Source: Macrostomum lignano
Lineage: Eukaryota
DNA length: 64,000 nucleotides
Direction: 5' to 3'
NCBI GenBank assembly: GCA_002269645.1
Contig: NIVC01000162.1
Span: 372,001-436,000 of the forward strand
Within the stretch, counting starts at the first letter, position 1. Each line of letters opens with the position of its first letter. The position numbers and the translations under genes are program-made. Below are positions 1-12,400 of the stretch, one piece after another. The notes under the pieces were generated by a model. The model saw only the letters and a list, made by a program, of their open reading frames with translations. It made no database searches and was not told the DNA's origin.

Positions 1-456
1 TTCCTATCTCCGTAGTGTATTTTCCGGCAAAAGTCTATGGTTCTTCTCTGCTTGACTGTCCATTTTCTATAGTCTATGGCCAAGCCAGTCCTTTAACCAT
101 TTGTCCGGATGAACAATAAAAATCGAAAGTTGAAGCACTGCAAGCGATGCACCAAACAACGTTGGGTAGCAAATAAAAAGTCACAACAATAAATAGCAAA
201 GCATTTGACTATTGGCTAAGACAGAATAATTGCCAAAAGCTAATAATCTTCTTCAGGCAGACACTATGCCCCTCAACCAAGAGTTAGCAGACCATACTAG
301 AGTTGTTAAAATCGTCATTCATCATTATAGATCAATTTAACCGCATGCATTTCGTTAGCAACTAACTAGACTCTATATAATAGACAATAAATGCTTCATC
401 ACAGTGCGAGCACAACAGCTATTAGCAGAGAATAGTCAGTTTTACTGAGGCCTCAC

Positions 457-3400
457 CTCCAACGAGATCTGCTCGTCCTCCGCTGAATAAGGAACATAAA
501 GCTTAACGTTAGCATGTAAGATAATAATAGCTGAACATCTCAAAGTCTTAATTAATAGCTCCCGACTACTAAAATAATAATAATGAGTGGAAAAGTCAGT
601 CAAGTTAGCTGTGCACAGGGCAGCTTTGAGCACACGCGCGCTTCTGATTAGAAACACGGCCGGTCTGAGCTAAAATTAGACTCCCGCAATTAGTCCACGC
701 GTGCTTCTCCCTCACTCCCTTACTCCCACCTGCAGGGGATAGCTCTTGTTGCTAGGGAAACGGATTAGGCCTAGCAGGTGTAGATAGCACAACAAACAGT
801 GGCGAGGGAATAGTACGAGAGAGTAGCACTGAACCCGAGATGAGGGGTAAGAGAGGCAAGCTGTACACAAGCTGTTTTGCTAAGTAAAATAATACAGTAA
901 AATTCGCACTCAACTACTCACAGTATTCCGCGTGGAATTCTTTGCCGCTGAGAATGTGATGCAGCAGTGTTTTCATCTTGTACGGACTCAGGCCTAGCAG
1001 GTGCTCGGTGGCCTCTTCAGCTGCGGGGGGGGGGGTTACTTGGCTAGTTCAGGATATTTATAGGCTGTTAATTTGGTTGGAATCTGGACTCGCTGACTAG
1101 CAGCAGTCGCAGGGACCTCTGGTGCTGCTCCTCTGTAGCGTTTGAAGAAACAGAGCTGCCCCCCTCTTTAGCTGCCCCCTCTTTAACTGCCCCCATCTTT
1201 AGCTGCCCCCTGTAGCTGCCCTCTGTAGCTGCCCCCTGTAGCTGCCCTCTGTAGCTGCCCACTGTAGCTGCCCCCTCTGTACATGTAGCTGCCCCCTGTA
1301 GCTGCCCTCTGTAGCTGCCCCCCTGTAGCTGCCCCCTCTGTAGCTGCCCTCTGTAGCTGCCCCCTCTGTAGCTGCCCTCTGTAGCTGTCCTCTGTAGCTG
1401 CCCACTGTAGCTGCCCTCTGTAGCTGCCCCCTGTAGCTGCCCCCTCTGTACATGTAGCTGCCCCCTGTAGCTGCCCTCTGTAGCTGCCCTCTGTAGCTGC
1501 CCCCTCTGTAGCTGCCCCCATCTTTAGCTGCCCTCTGTAGCTGCCCCCTGCAGACCTACCGGAGATATTCAGCGCCCTGGCCATCTCGGAGCCCATGACC
1601 TGGATGACCAGGCCCACCCGGATCCTGTACATGCTGGCCAGCAGCTGCGGCTCAGTCCTAGCCAGCATGCTCAGGTACACCAGCAGCTCCTGGGTGAGCA
1701 CGCCAAGTGTTGGATCGCTGTCGCTGGCTGTCCGAATCAGCTGAGCGAGGGCGGCGCCTCCGCGCGGCGAGCTGATCACTGTCTCGCGCGGCTCCGGCGG
1801 CAAGCCGACAGTCACCTGGGCGTATCGATTGTCGGGGACAATTAAGGACGCGTACTTCAGCTATGGCAGATTCGAACCCCTGACCCTACGAGTATGATAT
1901 TCGAACCCCTGACCCTACGAGTATAAGATTCGAACCTCTGACCCTACGAGTATAAGATTCGAACCCCTGACCCTACGAGTATGATATTCGAACCCCTGAC
2001 CCTACGAGTATAAGATTCGAACCTCCAACCATACAATTATATTCGACATTCGATTTTTTCAACTCAAACTTCAAGTCACACACTAGAAGAATAATAAAAT
2101 CAAATAGAAAAATATAAAATATAAAATCCACACTCACGTGCTTCTGTCGGACCAGCAGATCAGTGAGAAACATTGGCAATTTCTCAACTCGCTTGTCCAG
2201 CATTCCGGCCGTGTAGCGAATCAGCCACCACTGGCAGAGCGAGCCGGCCCGCTCGTACAGCTCCTTGACGAGGTCGCGCACTGTCACCGGCTGGCCGCTG
2301 CCGTTGGCGTCCTCCCAGCCTGTGCTGTAGTCCAGGCCTCTGCGTTGGCGCAGGCGGAGGCGTTAAGTATTTTTTAAATCTCGTCCCATAAGTGTACAGC
2401 GGCCCTGACTTTCTATTCGTCAGGCATGTACACTCTCTGTGCCTTGGGGGTTGTTGGAGCGAGAGTCAGACGCGTTTACCGCTGACCTACTTTGACTCCG
2501 TATTACTAAGTAGTAAGTAACGAATATGGCGGCTATTTTCCTGTGAAGAACTCAACTAGATGTTTCATTACTTCACTGCAAGATAAGAAACAGTCACGTG
2601 ACAATCTGTAAATCAGTGCGCGGGAGGGAACAAATGTACATTAGTCAGCCAGGCTATAAATAAATGTACATAGCTGGCCGCTCCGATGCGTTATTCGGAT
2701 GTACAATAAAATTAGGGTTAAGAGGACAGATAAAAACAGCCAATAGGAATCTAAGGAGTAAGACATTCAGCCAATCTCACTTTGTATGGTACAGATGAAA
2801 CAGCAGGTCGAACTGTTCGTACAGATGGTCGGACTGGGCCAGCCGTTTCAGCAGCTGCTGCTCGTTCATGCTGGCCATGCAGTTCCCCGAGTCGTGCTGG
2901 TCAGTGGCCCTAGCGCAGTGCACCATTCGCTTCATGCTGTCCACGCTGTCCTCGTTCAGCATTGTGGGGTTCTTCAGCCGGTGCGTCACTGCGGAGGGGT
3001 TGGGGCAGCAAGGGTCAGCACTGACTCACTGCTCATCATTGACTGCAGCTGCCTGACTCACTGCTCACCATTGACTGCAGCTGCCTGACTCACTGCTCAC
3101 CATTGACTGCAGCTGCCTGACTCACTGCTCACCATTGACTTAAGGTTAGAAGAGCAAGTTAACTGAAGCCTGATTTAGTGTACTTCTAATCTGATCTAGT
3201 GTACTTCCAATCTGATCTAGTGTACTTCCAATCTGATCTAGTGTACTTCCAATCTGATCTAGTGTACTTCCAATCTGATCTAGTGTACTTCCAATCTGAT
3301 CTAGTGTACTTCCAATCTGATCTAGTGTACTTCCAATCTGATGTAGTGTACTTCCAATCTGATCTAGTGTACTTCCAAATTGATATCAAAGCACACTTCA

Positions 3401-6400
3401 ACCCTGATGTAGTGGGCAGCTGTTAGAGAAACATGGAAAAAAGACACTGCAAAATGAAACACCGTGCATTGAAAAAATGAATTCATTAAAAAAATACCGA
3501 ATGCACGCATCATACTACTGATATGGGTTTGCCAGTACAGTAGCTACCTGTAGTTTCCTCGGCCACACGCCTGGACTCGTTAATCATCTCGTTAAGATTG
3601 GGCACCATGCCGAGCAGGCCGAAACCCGAGCTGCGACGCCGGCGGGACGGCTGCACGCCGCTGGCTGGGACTGCCGGAAAATAGGAGGGGCCAGCTGTAT
3701 ATACTACTGCCAGCGACAGGCGTGCACATTGGGCGGCAAATTTTAGTAACAGCAAGTACAGACAGTGACCGGCCGCTTCTAATAGCAGAATTTAAAAAAA
3801 CGTCTTATTGTCTTATTGAGATATTCCCTTGTAATAATTACTGTCATTACCCATGAACGAAATCGGATTATTTATGACCAGGTTATCCCTTTCCATAACG
3901 ATCAGGTGTGGTGAAGAGTTGATAGATCAGACAGGTGTGTGTAGTGAAGAGTTGATAGATCAGACAGGTGTGTGTGGTGAAGAGTTGATAGATCAGACAG
4001 GTGTGTGTAGTGAAGAGTTGGTAGATCAGACAGGTGTGTGTAGTGAAGAGTTGATAGATCAGACAGGTGTGTGTAGTGAAGAGTTGATAGATCAGACAGG
4101 TGTGTGTAGTGAAGAGTTTAGATCAGACAGGTGTGTGTAGTGAAGAGTTGATAGATCAGACACGTGTGTGTAGTGAAGAGTTTAGATCAGACAGGTGTGT
4201 GTAGTGAAGAGTTGATAGATCAGACAGGTGTGTGTGGTGAAGAGTTGATAGATCAGACAGGTGTGTGTAGTGAAGAGTTGATAGATCACACAGGTGTGTG
4301 TGGTGAAGAGTTGATAGATCAGACAGGTGTGTGTAGTGAAGAGTTGATAGATCAGACAGGTGTGTGTAGTGAAGAGTTTAGATCAGACAGGTGTGTGTGG
4401 TGAAGAGTTGATAGATCAGACAGGTGTGTGTAGTGAAGAGTTGATAGATCACACAGGTGTGTGTGGTGAAGAGTTGATAGATCAGACAGGTGTGTGTAGT
4501 GAAGAGTTGATAGATCAGACAGGTGTGTGTAGTGAAGAGTTGATAGATCAGACAGGTGTGTGTAGTGAAGAGTTGATAGATCAGACAGGTGTGTGTGGTG
4601 AAGAGTTGATAGATCAGACAGGTGTGTGTAGTGAAGAGTTGATAGATCAGACAGGTGTGTGTAGTGAAGAGTTGATAGATCAGACAGGTGTGTGTAGTGA
4701 AGAGTTGATAGATCAGACAGGTGTGTGTAGTGAAGAGTTGATAGATCAGACAGGTGTGTGTAGTGAAGAGTTGATAGATCAGACAGGTGTGTGTAGTGAA
4801 GAGTTGATAGATCAGACAGGTGTGTGTGGTGAAGAGTTGATAGATCAGACACGTGTGTGTAGTGAAGAGTTTAGATCAGACAGGTGTGTGTAGTGAAGAG
4901 TTGATAGATCAGACAGGTGTGTGTGGTGAAGAGTTGTTAGATCACACAGGTGTGTGTGGTGAAGAGTTGATAGATCAGACAGGTGTGTGTGGTGAAGAGT
5001 TGATAGATCAGACAGGTGTGTGTAGTGAAGAGTTGATAGATCAGACACGTGTGTGTAGTGAAGAGTTTAGATCAGACAGGTGTGTGTGGTGAAGAGTTGA
5101 TAGATCAGACAGGTGTGTGTAGTGAAGAGTTGATAGATCAGACAGGTGTGTGTGGTGAAGAGTTGATAGATCAGACAGGTGTGTGTGGTGAAGAGTTGAT
5201 AGATCAGACAGGTGTGTGTAGTGAAGAGTTGATAGATCAGACAGGTGTGTGTGGTGAAGAGTTGATAGATCAGACACGTGTGTGTAGTGAAGAGTTGATA
5301 GATCAGACACGTGTGTGTAGTGAAGAGTTTAGATCAGACAGGTGTGTGTAGTGAAGAGTTGATAGATCAGACAGGTGTGTGTGGTGAAGAGTTGATAGAT
5401 CAGACAGGTGTGTGTAGTGAAGAGTTGATAGATCAGACAGGTGTGTGTAGTGAAGAGTTGATAGATCAGACAGGTGTGTGTAGTGAAGAGTTGATAGATC
5501 AGACAGGTGTGTGTGGTGAAGAGTTGATAGATCACACAGGTGTGTGTGGTGAAGAGTTGATAGATCACACAGGTGTGTGTGGTGAAGAGTTGATAGATCA
5601 GACAGGTGTGTGTAGTGAAGAGTTGATAGATCAGACAGGTGTGTGTAGTGAAGAGTTTAGATCAGACAGGTGTGTGTGGTGAAGAGTTGATAGATCAGAC
5701 AGGTGTGTGTAGTGAAGAGTTGATAGATCAGACAGGTGTGTGTGGTGAAGAGTTGATAGATCAGACAGGTGTGTGTAGTGAAGAGTTTAGATCAGACAGG
5801 TGTGTGTAGTGAAGAGTTGATAGATCAGACAGGTGTGTGTGGTGAAGAGTTGTTAGATCAGACAGGTGTGTGTGGTGAAGAGTTGATAGATCAGACAGGT
5901 GTGTGTGGTGAAGAGTTGATAGATCAGACACGTGTGTGTAGTGAAGAGTTGATAGATCAGACACGTGTGTGTAGTGAAGAGTTTAGATCAGACAGGTGTG
6001 TGTAGTGAAGAGTTGATAGATCAGACAGGTGTGTGTAGTGAAGAGTTGATAGATCAGACAGGTGTGTGTGGTGAAGAGTTGATAGATCAGACAGGTGTGT
6101 GTAGTGAAGAGTTGATAGATCACACAGGTGTGTGTGGTGAAGAGTTGATAGATCACACAGGTGTGTGTGGTGAAGAGTTGATAGATCAGACAGGTGTGTG
6201 TGGTGAAGAGTTTAGATCAGACAGGTGTGTGTAGTGAAGAGTTGATAGATCAGACATGTCTTTAGTGAAGAGTTGATAGATCAGACAGGTGTATGTGGTG
6301 AAAAGTTGATAGATCAGACAGGTATTTAGTGAAGAGTTGATAGATCAGACAGGTGTGTGTAGTGAAGAGTTGATAGATCAGACAGGTGTGTGTAGTGAAG

Positions 6401-9400
6401 AGTTGATAAGACAGGTGTGTGTAGTGAAGAGTTGATAGAGCAGACAGGTGTGTGTGGTGAAGAGTTGATAGATCAGACAGGTGTGTGTAGTGAAGAGTTG
6501 ATAGATCAGACAGGTGTGTGTAGTGAAGAGTTGATAGATCAGACAGGTGTGTGTAGTGAAGAGTTTAGATCAGACAGGTGTGTGTGGTGAAGAGTTGATA
6601 GATCAGACAGGTGTGTGTAGTGAAGAGTTGATAGATCAGACAGGTGTGTGTGGTGAAGAGTTGATAGATCAGACAGGTGTGTGTAGTGAAGAGTTGATAA
6701 GACAGGTGTGTGTAGTGAAGAGTTGATAGATCAGACACGTGTGTGTAGTGAAGAGTTGATAGATCAGACAGGTGTGTGTAGTGAAGAGTTGATAGATCAG
6801 ACAGGTGTGTGTAGTGAAGAGTTGATAGATCAGACACGTGTGTGTAGTGAAGAGTTGATAGATCAGACAGGTGTGTGTAGTGAAGAGTTGATAGATCAGA
6901 CAGGTATTTAGTGAAGAGTTGATAGATCAGACAGGTGTGTGTAGTGAAAAGTTGATAGATCAGACAGGTGTGTGTAGTGAAGAGTTGATAGATCAGACAG
7001 GTGTGTGTAGTGAAGAGTTGATAGATCAGACACGTGTGTGTAGTGAAGAGTTGATAGATCAGACACGTGTGTGTAGTGAAGAGTTGATAGATCAGACAGG
7101 TGTGTGTAGTGAAGAGTTGATAGATCAGACAGGTGTGTGTAGTGAAGAGTTGATAGATCAGACAGGTGTGTGTGGTGAAGAGTTGATAGATCAGACAGGT
7201 GTGTGTAGTGAAGAGTTGATAGATCAGACAGGTGTGTGTAGTGAAGAGTTGATAGATCAGACACGTGTGTGTAGTGAAGAGTTGATAGATCAGACAGGTG
7301 TGTGTAGTGAAGAGTTGATAGATCAGACAGGTGTGTGTAGTGAAGAGTTGATAAGACAGGTGTGTGTAGTGAAGAGTTGATAGATCAGACAGGTGTGTGT
7401 AGTGAAGAGTTGATAGATCAGACAGGTATTTAGTGAAGAGTTGATAGATCAGACAGGTGTGTGTAGTGAAGAGTTGATAGATCAGACAGGTGTGTGTAGT
7501 GAAGAGTTGATAGATCAGACAGGTGTGTGTAGTGAAGAGTTGATAGATCAGACAGGTGTGTGTAGTGAAGAGTTTAGATCAGACAGGTGTGTGTAGTGAA
7601 GAGTTGATAGATCAGACACGTGTGTGTAGTGAAGAGTTTAGATCAGACAGGTGTGTGTAGTGAAGAGTTGATAGATCAGACAGGTGTGTGTGGTGAAGAG
7701 TTGATAGATCAGACAGGTGTGTGTAGTGAAGAGTTGATAGATAACACAGGTGTGTGTGGTGAAGAGTTGATAGATCAGACAGGTGTGTGTAGTGAAGAGT
7801 TGATAGATCAGACAGGTGTGTGTAGTGAAGAGTTTAGATCAGACAGGTGTGTGTGGTGAAGAGTTGATAGATCAGACAGGTGTGTGTGGTGAAGAGTTGA
7901 TAGATCAGACAGGTGTGTGTAGTGAAGAGTTGATAGATCAGACAGGTGTGTGTAGTGAAGAGTTGGTAGATCAGACAGGTGTGTGTAGTGAAGAGTTGAT
8001 AGATCAGACACGTGTTTGTAGTGAAGAGTTAATAGATCAGACACGTGTTTGTAGTGAAGAGTTGATAGATCAGACAGGTGTGTATAGTGAAGAGTTGATA
8101 AGGCAGGTGTGTGTAGTGAAGAGTTGATTAGTTTATCATTAACATAATAATTTAGTTAGTATAATTAAACAAAGTGAGCTGTTTTGGCCAGCAAATATTC
8201 ACGATTATATAAAGAGACTTCCACAAAATCATTTTATGACTAATAATCGTGTGGAAAAATACTTCAGTAGTTTTAGCCCTGTCGCTGCACTTTCGGAGTT
8301 ACTAGCAATTTTAGCTACTGAGAGTAGAGTAGCTTGAAAAAAGCGATAAAAAAGGAAGACAAATGAAATGAAAATGTTGAACTTTGCTTAGGGGTAATTT
8401 TTGGTTAAATAAGTTGACCACAGACAGGCAAACATATTTTAAAGCACAAAAATAAAATAATAATATTTGAAAGTAAAAACTCAAAAATTAATAGAACACA
8501 ATAGCAATTGAAATTAAGGCTGCGTGCTGTGATTTTCACGAAAATTTACATACACAGGAGACTGAGCATTCAGCAGCTAATAGTTCTGTATGGGATTTTA
8601 CTGTCTCAATAATGCAATAAATGCTGAGCAGGGTGCGCTCGTAATGTTAGATAATTAGTAATATCCGTACCTGGTCCCGCTTTTGATTCCGGGGAACCAA
8701 CTTTGAACTGAACAGCTATAAATATAATGAGGACAAAACAGCAAATTTATCAGAATGCACAGGTTTAAACAGACTGGTAAGTTGAGCGAATTTGTGTAGC
8801 TTAAAATTCGGTAAGATCTACTTAGAGTAGTACACAACAACTCAAAAAAGTAAAAAAAGATACACATACACAAGTTAAGACTGCAAAATGAAGCACGAAC
8901 AAAAGTTTGCACTAATTCAAATTCAAAATGGCACTCAAGTATTACTCACAAATCAAAATGGCACTCAAATATTACTCACAAATCAAAATGGCACTCAAGT
9001 ATTACTCACAAATCAAAATGGCACTCAAATATTACTCACAAATCAAAATGGCACTCAAATATTACTCACAAATCAAAATGGCACTCAAATATTACTCACA
9101 AATCAAAATGGCACACAAATATTACTCACAAATCAAAATGGCACACAAATATTACTCACAAAAAAAAAGGCACACAAAGAATGGTCACAAATCAAAAATG
9201 GCACACAAATAATGGTCACAAATCAAAAATGGCACTCAAATAATACTCACAAATCAAAATGGCACACAAATGTTACTCACAAATCAAAATGGCACTGAAA
9301 TAATGGTCATAAATCAAAAAAGGCACACAAATAATGTTCACAAATCAAAAATGGCACACAAAAAATGTTCACAAATCAAAAATGGCACACAAAAAATGTT

Positions 9401-12400
9401 CACAAATCAAAAATGGCACTCAAATAATACTCACAAATCTAAATGGCACACAAACGTTACTCACAAATCAAAATGGCACTGAAAAAATGGTCATAAATCA
9501 AAAATGGCACACAAATAATGTTCACAAATCAAAAATGACACACAAATAATGCTCACAAATCAAAAATGGCACACAAAAAATGTTCACAAATCAAAAATGA
9601 CACACAAATAATGTTCACAAATCAAAAATGGCACACAAAAAATGTTCACAAATCAAAAATGACACACAAATAATGTTCAAAAAACAAAAATGGCACACAA
9701 ATAATGTTCACAAATCAAAATGGCACACAAATAATAGTCACAAATTAAAAAATGGCAGACAAATAATAGTCAGTTTGTTCAAAATGGCACACACAACTGG
9801 CAGAAATTCGAACTTAAATACCAATCGAAGAATTCGCAAAACAATCGAAGAATTCACAAACATATAAATTTTCGTCGCTCACCTTCCTCGTCGCCGAACG
9901 GTTCGCCTTCGCTCTCGCCGTCGGCGTCAGCGGCCGAGAGGCTGGACAGGGCCAGCTCTAGAGCGGCGGCGCTGCTCAGTACGACGGATTTTTTACGAGC
10001 GCTAACGCTGCCAGCTCGGAAGCGCATGGCAATTGCGGCGGCGTCGGCGGCAGTGGCAGAGGCGCCGGAGCCCAGGCGTGTGCGGCCGCGTCGCCGGCCT
10101 TCGACGGCGGCCTTGGCCTTGGCCAGCTCGTCGTCTGCGTTTTGCGGCGTGGGGAAGATAAAATAGTTGAAAGATTTTGTTCAAAACTTGCTTAAAAAAC
10201 TCCATGCATATCCTAAGTAGTCTACTTTCGATGCCAGTGAGTAGCATCTAAAGCTTTTAATACGGAGGATTAAAGTTAATGTTTTTAGCAAACGATACTG
10301 CAGTTAAAATTGAATGCCATTAAAAGCAGACAGGCAGCACGTAGCAGCACTCACCGCCCTGTCCTTTATCCAAAAAAGTCATGTTGGTGACGCAGCTGGT
10401 GTCAACAAAGTCTGCCAGTTTTCCGAGCGTGACCCTGAGCAGTTGGTACAGGGTATTGAATGCACTGATCTGTATAATTGTTTAATAAATCAAAAAGTCT
10501 AATTGCGTAGAAAATAGATTATACGATTTGGGATGAGATGAGATTTTATGTCTGGGATATCTGAAAAGAGCTTTTTATACCTAGAAGGAGATTTTGATAT
10601 CAAGAATGAGATTTTGATATCTAAGATGAAATTTTTATATCTAGCATGAGATTTTGACACAAAGAAAGAGATTTTGATATCTAGTATGAGATTTTGGTAT
10701 CTAGGATGAGATTTTGATATTTAGAATCAGAGTTAGAATCAGAGATTTTGATATCTAGGATGAGATTTTGATGTCTAGGATGAGATTTTGATTTTTAGAA
10801 TGATATCTCTAGAGCGTTATGGACAAACATACAAACAAACAAATATTAGAGATTAAGTATATTTAGATTTTGACATCTAGAATGAGATTTTGATATCTAG
10901 TATGAGATTTTTATGTGTAGCCTGAGATTTTGACATAAAGTAAGATATTTTGATATCTAGAATGAGATTTCTAATTCTTATTTTGACAATAAAAAATACC
11001 TGGTGCCATTGATGTAGCCGCTCTGCAGCTTCTTAATAGTGCTGTACAGCGAAGGTGCCTGCTCGCTGGAGTCCGCATTGAAGTACCAGTGGTACACGGG
11101 TATGATGAACAGCGGCCGGCCAACAGCCGACCAGGTGCGCCGCAGGAAGGCCACATCAGTGCGCAGCATGTCTAACAGAAAGTCCAAGTCCAGGCTCAGG
11201 TAGAACGAATGATGATCGAGGAACTGCGGAGTGAAGGCCACGGTGCGCTGGCCAACGATGTACAGCTTGCTGGTCGCCAGGATGCCAACCTCGCTGGACT
11301 GGCGGCCGCTGAGGCCCAGCTGGTGGCACTTGCCCAGGTGCCGATAGAAATGACTCAACACCTTGGCCGGGAACACCCGGATCTTGGTTTCCTTGTACAT
11401 CTCGGCAAAGTCTTGCACCTGCTTCAGTCCGAATCGGGTCTCCAAGGTGCCACGGATTTTGGCGTCTTCGGCAACCACCACAACCTGAAATTGGATCGCT
11501 TCATCAATCAGATTTCTACCTTTCTGACGCGGGGGAGTGGGTTATCGAGAGAGGTGGCAAGAAATTACAGATTCTAGGGAAGAGATTACAGATCCCAGGG
11601 GAAGAGATTACAGATTCCAGGGGAAGAGAGATTACAGATTCTATGGAAGAGATTACAGATTCTAGGGAAGAGAGATTGCAGACCCTAGGGAAGAGAGATT
11701 ACAGACTCTAGGGAAGAGAGATTACAGATCCCAGGGGAAGAGATTACCGATCCTAGGGGAAGAGATTACCGATCCTAGGGAAGAGAGATTACAGATTCTA
11801 TGGAAGAGAGATTACAGATTCTAGGGAAGAGATCACAGATCCTAGGGAAGAGAGATTACAGATCCTAGGAAAGAGAGATTACAGATCCTAAGGAAAAGAG
11901 ATTACAGATCCTAGGGAAGAGAAGTTACAGACCCTAGGGAAGAGAGATCACAGATCCTAGGGAAGAGATTACAGATCCCAGGGGAAGAGATTACCGATCC
12001 TAGGGAAGAGAGATGACAGATTCTAGGGAAGAGAGATTATAGATTCTAGGGAAGAGAGATTACAGACCCTAGGGAAGAGATTATAGATTCTAGGGAAGAG
12101 ATCACAGATCCTAGGGAAGAGAGATTACAGATCCTAGGGAAGAGATTACAGATCCCAGGGGAAGAGATTACAGATCCCAGGGAAGAGATTACAGATCCCA
12201 GGGGAAGAGATTACCGATCCTAGGGAAGAGAGATTACAGATTCTAGGGAAGAGAGATTACAGATCCTAGGAAAGAGAGATTACAGATCCTAAGGAAAAGA
12301 GATTACAGATCCTAGGGAAGAGAAGTTACAGACTCTAGGGAAGAGAGATTACAGATCCCAGGGGAAGAGATTACCGATCCTAGGGGAAGAGATTACCGAT

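Noticed and set aside
1068-1262. ORF ending [12 protein letters not shown] considered as a PHKA exon
   Set aside because: It runs into a stop; the exon at 1020-922 gives the conserved AEEATE...[10 protein letters not shown] in the correct phase.
3853-9867. Numerous repetitive ORFs ([21 protein letters not shown])
   Set aside because: Products of the 33-bp and 30-bp intronic arrays.
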